From: Candidatus Hydrogenedentota bacterium
GTDB lineage: Bacteria; Hydrogenedentota; Hydrogenedentia; Hydrogenedentales; SLHB01
Direction: 5' to 3'
NCBI GenBank assembly: GCA_963745075.1
Contig: CAVUWV010000030.1
Span: 1 to 64,000 of the forward strand
Length of the DNA stretch: 64,000 nt
In this document: positions 50,029 through 61,371 of the stretch, piece after piece
How the letters are laid out: every line of letters starts with the position of its first letter
Position numbering within the stretch: the first letter of the stretch is position 1
Program-made: the position numbers and the translations under genes
Notes under the pieces: generated by a model
What the model saw: the letters and a program-made list of their open reading frames with translations, nothing else
The model's database searches: none
What the model was told of the DNA's origin: nothing

Positions 50029-50439
50029 ATGCGGGTGGATGCGAGGGACAGGCATTTGGGTGCGGGATCGCGAGGACGCGGCGTAAGATCAGATGGCGAC
50101 CAAGTTGGGACTAACAAATACACGGGATTGCCGTTCGCAATGGTCCCATTGTGGATGCTCAGGGTTTTGCACGACGAGAAGAAGCACGCGGGCCATAAGG
50201 AATTAACGGAGTTGTGTTCGCGGCTCGAAGAGCGAATCATTCACTTTCAACAGAATCCTCGGCCAGGTTCTGATTCTCTCCTGGAACGGCTCGAAGAGGT
50301 TACACAGTCCTTTTGTCGCGATCGAGCTGAATGGAAGACTGAAAGTTCGCTGTCACCGCAACCAGCAGGACCGTTTGTTACGGAGACATCTTCTAATGTC
50401 CATCCATCGAATTGGAACTGGCGCGCGAACCGGCGATAG
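50029..50439 (+). CDS. Hypothetical protein
   Basis: AAGGAGG SD; 136 aa; no recognisable motif. Confidence 0.4.
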   Translation: MRVDARDRHLGAGSRGRGVRSDGDQVGTNKYTGLPFAMVPLWMLRVLHDEKKHAGHKELTELCSRLEERIIHFQQNPRPGSDSLLERLEEVTQSFCRDRAEWKTESSLSPQPAGPFVTETSSNVHPSNWNWRANRR

Positions 50440-50440
50440 T

Positions 50441-50521
50441 CCGCATTTCTCGCCGCCACGAGAGTCGACGTTTTGCCGGCCGGTAGCTTGGCGCGGTGAG
50501 AAATGCTTTCGAGAATTCCGG
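50441..50521 (-). repeat. Partial copy C of the dispersed repeat (second hairpin only)
   Basis: Reverse complement reads ttctcgaaagcatttctcaccgcg...ggcgagaaatgcgg. Confidence 0.75.
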
Positions 50522-50538
50522 GATCGGAGGTATGAACG

Positions 50539-50925
50539 ATGAGATGCCAACGCATGGTTGTAGCCACCCTGGCCGTTGCGGTGGGTTTGTTTGCGCTCAG
50601 CACTACGGCATTCGCGGTAACCATGGATAATGTCGAACTCGCCGGCAAAGCGATCCACACGATTGAAAAACGTGGCGATCGGCAGGTGGAGATCTTTGCC
50701 GTAGTCGTGAAATCGGCCACGGCCAAGGACGGTGATACGATCGTGGAATTGGCCGGGAAGACGGTCGCGATCACCGGCCCGGAAACCGCAGAAATCGCCA
50801 AAAGCGACGGCCACAAGGTGCTTGCATTCGGCACGTTGTCGGAGGATAAGACGACCTTAGAGGCCGACAGCGTGATTAAAGTACCCCCGGCGAAAAACTC
50901 CTCCGCCGAAGTGTTTCAGCCATAA
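50539..50925 (+). CDS. Small secreted beta-rich (OB-fold-like) hypothetical protein
   Basis: GGAGG SD; signal peptide ...STTAFA; downstream hairpin. Confidence 0.7.
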   Translation: MRCQRMVVATLAVAVGLFALSTTAFAVTMDNVELAGKAIHTIEKRGDRQVEIFAVVVKSATAKDGDTIVELAGKTVAITGPETAEIAKSDGHKVLAFGTLSEDKTTLEADSVIKVPPAKNSSAEVFQP

Positions 50926-50975
50926 GTAGGACCTTGACACGTTCTACGGGCGATCTTCGTCCGTTCCGTAATAGA

Positions 50976-51031
50976 GCCGTACGCATGTTTGGCTTATACC
51001 ACGGTCCACATGCGTACGGCGCATTCATTTG
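50976..51031 (+). terminator. Hairpin / probable terminator
   Basis: gccgtacgcatgt ... acatgcgtacggc, a perfect 13-bp IR, then attcatttt. Confidence 0.55.
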
Positions 51032-51159
51032 ATTGGCGTGGGATCCCCTGAAATCCGGCAGAACCCAAGTACCGCCAGTATCGCCCCCCCCCGCGAATCT
51101 GTTGTTTCACACTCCGCACCTTTCTCTTTCCGGTCGGCAAAACTCCACGGATTCCGGAT

Positions 51160-51490
51160 TCAGGGGGCAATAAGGGGGGGCGAGGTCAACTCCGGTTGAT
51201 TGGGATTCAATGACAGCAACCGCGAGAACATGTGACGGGCCATTTCCCGGTCGTTCATCTCATTGAAATAGATCAAGCCGAGTTCCCGGAACACCTTGGC
51301 GTCCTGCGGGGTGATCTGACTCAAGAACTGAAGCCGGTTTAATGCTTCCCGTGCGTTTCCTGTTTGTCGTAGGCACTGCGCGCTGAACCGTAGCTTCCGG
51401 GTCTCCCCTCCGCGTTGCGAGGATGCGCGCGAATAGCGTGAGGGCCTGTTCCGGCTGGCCTTGTTGCAGCCACCCGAGATAGCGTTTATG
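51160..51490 (-). pseudogene. Degenerate TPR-protein fragment
   Basis: Own translation: LQQGQPEQALTLFARILA (one frame), then AQCLRQTGNAREALNRLQ...DAKVFRELGLIYFNEMNDREMARHMFSRLLSLNPNQ (another frame); no start found. Confidence 0.5.
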
Positions 51491-51521
51491 ACCCTCGCTG
51501 GGTCGGCGACCGCGCGAGTAC

Positions 51522-52874
51522 CTACTGGGTGACGTTTAGTTCGTCCTTCAATTTGAGCGCTACGGTCGATGAGATTGGGTCGGGCGCGTTCTTGGGAAGT
51601 TGGATGACGACGCCTTCGGGAGTCGAATCCGTTTCGAGGGCGGTGTCAGGTTCCGCGAGCAGGTACGCGTGGCCGACGGTGGACTTGAGTCCGGGGGCGA
51701 GCAGAACGTCCGTCGGAGGGCCAATCGAAGACGTGCAGGTACAGGGTGGCCCCGTCGTCGTCAATCTTCTTCGTGCAGCGGCCCCACGGGAGGTTGCTGA
51801 AGGGGCTGGCGGTGGTGCCGTAGATCGCCTCGCCGTTGACGTCCATCCAGTCGCCGATCGCCTTGAGCCGGTCGATGGAGGGCTGGGGGATGAGGCCTTC
51901 CGAAGTCGGGCCGACGTTGAGCAGGTAGTTGCCGCCTTTCGAAGTGATGTCGACCAGATTTCGGATGAGCGTCTCCGTGCTTTTCCAGTTGTCGTCGTAG
52001 CTCTTGTATCCCCAGGTATCGTTCATGGTCATGCAGACTTCCCAGTCACGACCTTCGATACCCGTATCGGGGATGTGCTGCTCGGGGGTATCCGTGTCGC
52101 CGTCGAAACCGCCGCCGAGACGGTTGTTGGTGATGATGCCGGGCTGGAGTTCGGTCAGCGGGAACAGTTTGGCCGCGCGCTCCGGGGTCATGTCGTAGGG
52201 CGTGTCCCACCAGAGAATGGCGAGAGGAGCCGTAGTTCGTCAGAATCTCTTTCACCTGGGGCACGGCAACGTTCGTCGATGTAAGCGTCCATGTCGCCAT
52301 CCTGTGCGGGGTCCCAGTGGCCGCCCTTGGCCGCGCCGCCGGGATTGTTCCAGTCCTGAGCCTGGGAATAGTAGAACCCGAGTTTCATGCCGTGTTTGTG
52401 GCAGGCGTCGGCGAGGGGTCTTAGTAGGTCCTTACCATAGGGAGTGGCGTCGACGACGTTCCAGTCGGAGGCCTTGGAATCGAAGAGCGCGAAGCCGTCG
52501 TGGTGTTTGGACGTGATGACGATGTACTTCATGCCGGCGTCCTGTGCCATCTGCACCCAGGCATCCGGGTCGTACTTCACGGGATTGAACTGCTTGGCGT
52601 ATTCGCGGTATTCGCTCACGGGGATCTGGGCGTGATGCATGATCCATTCGCCGATGCCGTCAATCCGTTCGCCCTTGTAGGTCCCCGCAGGCACGCTGTA
52701 GACGCCCCAGTGAATGAACATGCCGAATCGGGCTTCGCGCCACCATTCCATGCGCGCGTCGCGCTGCGCCGGCGTCTCCTTGAGACCGAGTTCCTGGGCG
52801 CCGGCAAATTGGGCGAGTAACCCGAGGGTCAGGATGGTGGTTAATGCTAAGGCGACAGTTCGTTTGGTTTGCAT
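51522..52874 (-). CDS. Alpha-L-fucosidase (GH29), three +1 frameshifts (~52272, ~52229, ~51705)
   Basis: WWREARFGMFIHWGVYS, TSKHHDGF, (shifted) ILWWDTP, WEVCMTMNDTWGY and GGNYLLNVGP motifs. Confidence 0.93.
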
Positions 52875-53113
52875 GACTTCCCCTACTTCTCCCGCCCAGC
52901 GTGCGGGTCGTACTTGCGGACGTTAATGTACCATTCTGCCACTTGGGGCACGCCTGAGTCACGCGGATGACCAGGGCAACCGCAGCAAGATTGTTGGATC
53001 ACGGAAGCGTGGCCGTCCGGGCTGCCGAAGACACAATGCGAAAACGACGAAATGGGTCCCCACTGGGAGCGCCAGGCTCTGCTTGCCCCCACGTCTCCGT
53101 GGAGAAAGGTACG

Positions 53114-54824
53114 TCAGGACGTGATTTGGATGGCGCTCGGCTTCCGTTTTCGCACGGCAATGAATCCCGTTAGGCTCAACAGGAGGACGAGCCAGGGCAA
53201 ACCACCGAGCGGCACATCGGGGACGTTCCGAGGGATCGTAGGGGTCGGTACCGAGCATGGCCTCGAACTTGTCGGGGTAGCCGTCGCCGTCGGAATCCAG
53301 ATCGAGGAAGTTGGGTTTGCCGTCCAAATCGATGTCGGCCAGGCCTTCATAGCTGTCAAGAAGCGTATCGCCGTCGGAATCGGTGTCGGCGAAGTTGTAG
53401 ATGCCGTCGTGGTCTTCGTCGCCGGAACCTTCGTCCTCGTTGAGGATCCCATCGCCGTCGTTGTCGCCGGTGGCGGGGTTCCAGTCGTAGCGTGAGGCTA
53501 CCGTCCCCATATGGTAACCGTCATTATCCCAGACATTATACGCGCCTATCCACGTACCTTGGCGGCTCGCGGCGTAACCCGTGGCAAAAACGCCCGCGGC
53601 GTAGTTGGCAAAGGGAGGCGTTATGTCGCTATGGTTTTCCCAAGTCGCGCCGCCGTCGTGAGAGGAGGCCGCAGCCATACGCCGAGTTGAGTGACTCTTA
53701 GCCCAATAGACCATCCAGTGCCCTCGTTTGTCGGTGGCGACCGCTGGATATTCATCTTGATCGAACAACGAGTTGGAACTTACGAGTCCCATGGAAGACC
53801 ACGAACCGCCATAATTTGCCGAGTGGACAAATAGGATGTCGGGATCGCTATCGAAACCGAGGCCATGGTCTGCATCCGAGCCCCACACCAGCACGACATT
53901 TCCGTTGCCGTCAGCGGCTAGAGCGGGTTCCCGGTCAGTACGATCGTTGATAGAGGTGTGCGAGAGGGGCAGCGGAGTCGACCACTCAGTCCCGTTATTC
54001 GTCCCTCGGGCATAGAACAGGTCAAGATCGGTACCAATTGTATCGCCAAAGGTATTGTTCGAGGTCCACACCAGACACCATTTGCCATTCCCAGCGTATG
54101 CGATCGCGCTGGTGGTGCTGGCGCTGCTGGTGGTGGTGTAGGCGTCCGTGAGTAGCACAATCCGGGTACCCCACGAAGCGCCATTATCGGTCGATGCCGC
54201 GACGTGAAAACCGCCGTGACGGTTGGGGTAGGCCTCATTCACCATGAAGTACCAGCAAACGACCCAGTTACCCGAGGAATCCGTTGCGATTTGCGGTTGT
54301 AGCGCGAAGACGCTGCCGGTGGCGGCCTCACTGTTCACCTGGGCTCGGTTTGACCACGTTATACCGCCGTCCGTCGAACGCGTTGCAAAGATGTTCTGTC
54401 CGCTCCACGTGACAATCCAATCGCCATTTCCAAATTCGATGCTGGGAGAGTTTTCATGAAGACTGTCGGTGGTCATGTCAGCCAGGAGGAGCGCAGCCGG
54501 GGTCCACGTCTTTCCGTCATCGGTGGAACGGACGAAGTAAATATCGCCGTCGATTCCGCTCCCCAGCACATCCTCCGACGAATCGCACACGGCAATCCAG
54601 GTGCCGTTGCCATCCGTGGCGACGTTGACGCCAAAGATGCCTCCGTTTGGCGCGTCGAACTGGACCACGGGTGTTTCAAAGGCGAACTGGGCGAACGCCG
54701 TCGGTGCAAGCAGTGTTAAGGAGACAACAAGTAACGTGACGCACCGCAGTCGTTGGAAACCCCACGTTGGAGCCACGCTTTGCTCCGAAGGGCGAACGCT
54801 CTTGGAATGTGAATACGTGAACAT
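53114..54824 (-). CDS. Secreted BNR/Asp-box (sialidase-like) beta-propeller with TSP3-like Ca-binding repeats and a C-terminal sorting signal; +1 frameshift near 53229
   Basis: [32 protein letters not shown] and SHDGGATW; DxDGDG repeats; shifted tail [28 protein letters not shown]. Confidence 0.8.
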
Positions 54825-55061
54825 GCTTCGCACCCCCCAATCGATCGGATCCCCCATCATTTGTGCCGATCTAACGCAGTAATTATAGAGAACGCCATGC
54901 ATTCTGGCAAGTTGCATAACTGTGGCATTTTGTGGGACGTTCGATTTTTGCCTAACCGCAATGATTTGAAACGGTAAGCCATCTCCGGGGAACGCGTGTC
55001 ATAGGTGGGGTGAACGGAGTTTCATGCGACAGACGTGAGGGAATCGGGTAGCGGTTTTCGC

Positions 55062-56117
55062 TCAATACTCCGGAGCGGTTTCTTCGACGAGGGATTCGCG
55101 GATGCGGACGTAGGAGTCGTAGCGGGCTTTGGCGATGTGGTGCGCTTCGACGGCGGCTTTGACGGCGCAGTGGGGTTCGTGGATGTGGGTGCAATTGCGG
55201 AACCGGCAGTCGCTCGCGAGTACGGCAATCTCGTGGAAGAAGAAGTCGAGTTCCTCGGGGGACACGCCCCAGAGGCCGAGTTGTTTGACACCGGGCGTGT
55301 CGATGATGGTGGCGCCGTTGGCGAGGGTGTAGAGCTTGGAATAGGTCGTGGTGTGTCGGCCCTTCTGGGTGCTCTCGCTGATCTCCTGGGTGTCGATACT
55401 GATGGTAGGCTCAAGGGCGTTGATGATGGACGACTTCCCGACTCCGCTGTGTCCGGTGAGGACACTGACACGGCCCGCCAGTTCGCCGCTCAGCCGTTCG
55501 AATCCCATATCGAATGCACAACTCGTGTTGAACACTTCGAGTCCAAGATCGCGATAGGGTTGCACGCCGGCCGGTTCGCGGTCACCGAGGTCCATCTTGT
55601 TGACGACGAGAATCGGCGTGGCGCCGCCGGCTTGCGCCGCGACGAGGTAGCGGTCGATGAGGCCGGGATTGAACGCGGGCTTGGCCACGGATGCGACGAT
55701 GATAACGCGGTCGATGTTTGCCGCGATGACCTGTTCGCCGTTGCGGCCCACGGCAGGACGGCTCAGTTTGGTGCGGCGCGGTCGTGCGGCACGAATGATC
55801 AGTTCTTCGCCGTCCTCTTCGACGAACACGTCGTCGCCGGGGGCGAGGACGGAGGTTTTCCCGTCCATGAGTGCGTCATCCACGCGACATATGTACTCGG
55901 TATCCGTGCGTAACACGAAGGCGAGGGCGCCGTAGGGCGTGATGACGAGGGCGTTGGGTTCACAATCCGTGAAATACTCGCGCTCGACGGAGGGCAAACG
56001 GACCGCGCCGCGGTCTTCGCGGCGGGCGCGGGACTCGCGGGCGAGGGTGTCCGCGTCGCCGGGATCCCACTGACGGCGGCGGACGGGCTTACTCTTTTTG
56101 ACGACTTTCTTGGACAT
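55062..56117 (-). CDS. rsgA: Ribosome small-subunit-dependent GTPase A
   Basis: NKMD, GHSGVGKSS, GRHTTT and DTPG motifs; Zn finger CRFRNCTHIHEPHC. Confidence 0.96.
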   Translation of the reverse strand: MSKKVVKKSKPVRRRQWDPGDADTLARESRARREDRGAVRLPSVEREYFTDCEPNALVITPYGALAFVLRTDTEYICRVDDALMDGKTSVLAPGDDVFVEEDGEELIIRAARPRRTKLSRPAVGRNGEQVIAANIDRVIIVASVAKPAFNPGLIDRYLVAAQAGGATPILVVNKMDLGDREPAGVQPYRDLGLEVFNTSCAFDMGFERLSGELAGRVSVLTGHSGVGKSSIINALEPTISIDTQEISESTQKGRHTTTYSKLYTLANGATIIDTPGVKQLGLWGVSPEELDFFFHEIAVLASDCRFRNCTHIHEPHCAVKAAVEAHHIAKARYDSYVRIRESLVEETAPEY

Positions 56118-56227
56118 GATGTTCAGTTTGTTATCGGTCCGCTGTCAATTTGGTGAAAGACCGGTGGAACAGCGGGGACACGAGCGACGTTTCGATTCGT
56201 TGATTCCCCACTCCGGACTCCAGCCTT

Positions 56228-56978
56228 TCACCTCTCACCCCATATGATAACAGATTCCCAAGCGATTGGGTTGGGTAATTTGCCGTGTTGCGCCACATCG
56301 GCGCGCAGCCGGGCCAGACCGGATTCGAATTCGTTGCCGGGAAGTAGCGCATAGGTGCTGATAAACCTGCCGGCGACTCGTTCGACGTATGCGGCATCGA
56401 TGGGCACGGGCGCCGCGCGGCACACCTCGCTTTGAACGTGGTCAAACCCTGCTGCCTGCATGGCCGCAACAATTTCCGGGACGTTCCTGGAAGCGGCCCG
56501 TGTCGACGCGGGCGAAACTGGGAAAGTAGGCGTTCATGGGATGCCTGCGAATGAACCCGTGGGTCGTCGTGATAAGAACGGCGCAACCTTTACCGAGCAC
56601 GCGCGCGCATTCCTTCATGAGTTCGTCGAGGCGCGGCAAGTGGTGAAGCATGTAGACCGAGAAGATGAAGCCCACCGATTCATGGGCGAAGGGCAGAAAC
56701 TCGGCGTCGCCTTGAACCCAATTGACGGGGAGTCGCTTCTTCTGGCCCTTCAATAGCATGCCGTGGGAACGTTCGAGAGCATAGAAAGTCTGGCATGGGT
56801 GGCGTTCGAGGAAGGCCTCGGTGTTGTTGCCGGTACCGGCGCCGAGTTCGAGGATGTGTTGCGCGTTATGTTCGCGGGCCAACGCGATGAGGCGCTCGAT
56901 GTAGGGTCCACCGCCACGCCGGTGCTTGTCGTAGTCGTTGGCAAGTGTGTCGTAGTCGATGCGCATATGATAGTTCAT
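56228..56978 (-). CDS. Class I SAM-dependent methyltransferase; frameshift near 56490
   Basis: ILELGAGTG, GDAEFLPF and YMLHH motifs; continues as (DVPEIVAA)MQAAGFDHV in the next frame. Confidence 0.85.
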
Positions 56979-57068
56979 TCTAGCGTATCGGAAGAGTGGA
57001 CTATTCTGGACCGATCAAGTCTTAATCATCTGTGCCACGCTCGGCAAGCGCGGCGGTACTGAACACGG

Positions 57069-60000
57069 TCACGCCTTTTTTTCGATCTGGGTGAAGTCTG
57101 CGGTCAGGGTAATGGCGTCGCGCACGTCGCGAACGAGGGCGTGGCGATTCTGACGGACGCGGTCGTTTTGGTCGTTCACGAGGACGGCTTCGAAGTACGC
57201 GGCGATGATGGGTACCCACGTCAGGATCTCTTCGCAAGCCTTGTCAAACTCCTTCCTCTCGATGAAGGTGCGGACTTTGTCCGCGGAATCGGTGCGAATG
57301 AGATTGAGCGCTTTCTCGTTGTCGTCCAGGAGAGACTCGTCAACGGCGTCAGCGGGATCCTTGACGATGCGCTGCATGCGCTTGGTCTGTTCCGCGAGGT
57401 CCTGGAGTTGATGCTCTTCGAGTTTGCTGATGGCATCGAGGCAGCGGTGCAGTTGCACCGGACGTTTCCCGTGCACGGCGAGTGCGGCCGCGACCTGGTC
57501 GTAGACGTAGCCGTGATCGCGCAGCATGACGGCCATGCGGTCGCTGAAGAAGTCGAGGATGGTTTGCAGCGCCTTGTCCGGTGCGTGAACGATTTCGCCG
57601 TAGTTGGCCAGCGCCGCGCGCACGAACACTTCGAGGTCGATGTCGAGTTGATTCGCGTCGATGATGGAGAGTAAGGCGAGCGCGTTGCGGCGCAGTCCCA
57701 TGGGATCGCTGGTGCCTTTGACCCGCTGGCCGATGCCGAAGTAGCCGGCAAGGGTGTCGAAGCGGTCGAGGATGCCGGCCACGGTGCCGAGATTGCATTG
57801 CGGCAAGGCGTCATCTGCGCGGCGGGGCAGACGATGCTCGAAAATGGCTCGGGCGATATCTTCGTCGATGCCCTCTTTGCGGGCGTAGAGCATGCCGACG
57901 ACGCCCTCGAGGGAATCAAATTCAAAGACCATCTGCGTGGTGAGGTCGGCCTTCATCAGGGTGAGCACCTCCCCCATCTTCCGGTCGTCGACTTCGGGGA
58001 GGAACTGCTTGAGCGTGAAATAGAGATCGCGCAACCGCGTGACCTTATCCGCTACGGAGCCGAGTTTCTGATGGAACATGACGGTATTCAGCTTCTCGGC
58101 GAAGGCCTTTAATGGGGTCTGGGTGTCCGTATCCCAGAAGTAACGGGCGTCGCGGAGGCGCGCGTTCAACACGCGCTCGTTTCCCGCGCGGATGATGTCG
58201 CGGCCCTCTTTGCTGAACTGGCCGTTTGCGACGCAGATGAACTTGTGGCTGAGCGAACCGTCGGCGGCGCGCAGCGGGATGTAGCGTTGATGGACTTTCA
58301 TGGGCGTGATGATGATGTCCTCGGGAAGGACGAGGGCGTCTTCCGGGATCGCGCCGACGATGGGGTCCGGGTATTCGACGAGATCGGCAATTTCCTCGTA
58401 GAGGTCGTCGTCATCTTCGGCGACGAGTTTTTCCGATTTGGCTAATTCGTGGACGCGATTGACGAGCATCTTCTTGCGATCCGAGTGGTCGGCGAGGACG
58501 TAGTGTTTCTCGAGCGTGTCGAGATAGTCACCGGTGGAATCGATGGTGATGGGTCCGGCGGCCAGACGACGATGACCGTAGGTGACGCGGCCGGAGTTGA
58601 TGACGCGTTCGGCGCCGGTGTCGCCTTCGTCGCGAAGCTTGACGGACGCGGGGACGACGGTCGATCCGTGCAAGGCGAGAAGCCAGCGGATGGGCCGGGA
58701 GAAGACGGTAGTCGTATTTTCCCAGCCCATGGTTTTTCCGAAATGAATGCCGGCCAAGACGTCCTCGACCACTTCGCCCAAGAGCTTTGCGAGGTGCTTA
58801 CCTTTCTGGTGTACTTTGACGAAGCAATACTCCGATTTGCCGTCGCTGCGGAATTCGATGTCGTCGACGGTGGCCCCTTGTCCTTCCGCGAAGCGTTGTG
58901 CAGCCATGGACCAATCGCCCTTGTCGTTCTGGGCGGCTTGGCGTTTGGGACCGCGGACTTCCTTGGTTGCGTCTTGTTGACGCGCAGGGACGTCGTCAAT
59001 CAGGAAGGCGATGCGGCGGGGCGCGACGTAGGTTCGGATTTCGCCGTGCGTGAGACCGCGGGCCTCAAGGGCTTTGGCGACGAGCGCCGGCGTTTGGGAT
59101 TGGACGGTCTGCACGTCGCGGTGTGGCAGTTCTTCCACGCCGATCTCGACGAGCAGCGTATCTTTGTCTTTGTAAGTCGGACGGGTCGGGGCGTTCCTGT
59201 TCGATGGCTTCGTACGTGACCGGGCTCGGATGGCGCAACATCGGGAAAGCCCATCTCCTCGCGTTGGGCGAGGAACCCTTTCGCGCACTGTTCGGCGAGG
59301 GCCCGGCATCGAAGCAGGAAGCGTCCGCGTTCGGACACCGAAAACGCGCCGCGCGCGTCGAGCAGGTTAAACAAGTGCGACAGCCGCAGGCAGTGGTCGT
59401 AAGCCGGGAGGATGAGGCCAAGTTCGAGAAGGCGCTGCCCCTCCCCTTCCCAGATGTCGAAGACCTGGAGCAGTTTCGACGTGTCCGCGACGTCAAAGTT
59501 GTACTTGCAGTACTCGACTTCCTGAGCGTGAAAGATGTCCCGGTAGGTGACACCGCCGGGTGACCATTGCAGATCGAAGATGTTCTCGACGCCTTGCAGG
59601 TACATGGCGATGCGTTCGATGCCGTAGGTGAGTTCGCAGGCGCGCACGTCGAGCTTGAGCCCGCCGCATTCCTGGAAGTAGGTGAATTGGAGCACTTCCA
59701 TACCGTCGAGCCACGCTTCCCAACCGAGACCCCAGGCACCGAGGGACGGGCTTTGCCAGTTGTCCTCGACGAAACGGAAGTCGTGAAGTTTTAGATCGAG
59801 GCCAAGGGCTTCGAGGGATTCGAGGAACAGTTCCTGCACGTTTGGCGGCGATGGTTTCAGGATGACCTGGTACTGGTAGTAGTGCTGGAGGCGGTTCGGG
59901 TTTTCGCCGTACCGGCCGTCGGTCGGGCGTGTGCTCGGCTCCGTGTACGCGACCCACCAGGGTTCCGGCCCCAACACGCGCAGGAACGTGGCCGGGTTGG

Positions 60001-60100
60001 ACGTGCCCGCGCCCACTTCCGTGTGATACGGCGTCCACAAGAGACAGCCGCGGCTGCTCCAGAAGTTGTTGAGGGTCTGCAACACATCCTGCACGTACAT
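57069..60100 (-). CDS. glyQS: Glycine--tRNA ligase, alpha and beta probably fused; two +1 frameshifts in the linker
   Basis: Alpha: [41 protein letters not shown]. Beta: [36 protein letters not shown]. Confidence 0.93.
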
Positions 60101-60269
60101 GATCGATTCGGTCCTTCTAACGTGGTCGTATCCCGGGAAAGTCCGCCGTGCCACCCGGCCCCGGCGCCGGCGAAGAAAGGGTTAATGCAAAGCGAGAATT
60201 GTACTTGCGAACGGGTGCGGGAGTCAAAGAATGGGCGGATGAATGGGTGGACGGAAAAGTGGGAAAGAC

Positions 60270-60422
60270 CACAGCCGGGGGCGGCTGTGCCACACGTCTA
60301 CCTCGTAAGACCATGTTCTTGTCCACCCGTTGCACGCTCAGTCTATATTCAGAGACTTCGACGGTTAGTTGTGAAAACCGAGTGTTCACCAAGCGAGTGT
60401 GGCACAGCCGCCCCCGGCTGTG
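60270..60422. repeat. REP doublet (REPIN), left of the RAYT
   Basis: REP = GTGG+CACAGCCG-cccc-CGGCTGTG at 60270-60293 (-) and 60399-60422 (+). Confidence 0.9.
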
Positions 60423-60511
60423 ATTTTTCCGCACTTCGTGAACATGCAGTCCCGGAGTAGCTCGCAGAACCCTCCTTAATCCCATGTGAGAAGTCACGTC
60501 AGAATCCCGAC

Positions 60512-61078
60512 ATGGAACATGAGAAGCCCGACAAACCGGACGTCCATGGCAAACGCCGAAAGGCGAAGCCGAGCAAAGAGTTCTACCACCGAAACCTGCC
60601 ACATATTCAGAAGTCAGGCCGTCCAATCTTTGTCACTTTCCGTACCTACCGGCGCATCATCTTGCCAGAGACTGTACGTACGCAAGTTCTACAGCATTGT
60701 TTGTACGACAACGGACGCCGAATCCACGTCTATTGTGCGGTCGTCATGCCAGATCACGTCCATATGCTCTTCACCCTGCTCGAAGATGATGACGGAACGG
60801 CGTTCAGCTTGGAGGAGATTACAAACGGGATTAAGGGCGCTTCCGCTCACACGGTCAACCGTCAATTGAGGCGAAAAGGATGCCTATGGCAGGACGAATC
60901 CTTTGACCATGTTCTTCGATCCGACCAGAGCGTCGAGGCGAAATCACAGTATATTTGCGATAACCCGATTCGAAAGGGTCTGGTTTCCGAGCAGGACGAC
61001 TATCCCTGGCTTTGGCGAGAATGGGTTGAAGGCGAAGCGGATACTCAAAACGACTCGGCGCAAGAAGAACGAGACTAA
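60512..61078 (+). mobile_element. REP-associated tyrosine transposase (RAYT, IS200/Y1 HUH family)
   Basis: YHRNLPH, FVTFRT, VVMPDHVHML (HUH), WQDESFDHVLR and YICDNP motifs; flanked by four REPs. Confidence 0.93.
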
Positions 61079-61082
61079 AGAC

Positions 61083-61235
61083 CACAGCCGGGGGCGGCTG
61101 TGCCACACTCGCTTGGAAAGTACTTGATTCTTGGGTCCAACCGTCGACATCACTGAGATCGACAGCGGCTTCGCCGGGTTGGGAGGGGAATTTGTCTTGT
61201 GCGGTAGACGTGTGGCACAGCCGGCCCCGGCTGTG
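61083..61235. repeat. REP doublet (REPIN), right of the RAYT
   Basis: REPs at 61083-61106 (-) and 61212-61235 (+). Confidence 0.9.
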
Positions 61236-61371
61236 GTCTTCTTACTTGAGCTAAGTCCTCGCCATATGGCATTCAAGCCCAAAATTCCCCTATAGTGCTT
61301 CAGAGCTTGGAGAATGCGGAATGGAGGCGCACCTTGATGCGTCTCACATAAGCCAACGGGGAGTTTTTGCG

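Noticed and set aside
60264..61240. CRISPR array
   Set aside because: The repeats are inverted doublets with ~105-nt homologous spacers around a Y1 transposase, and no cas genes are present.
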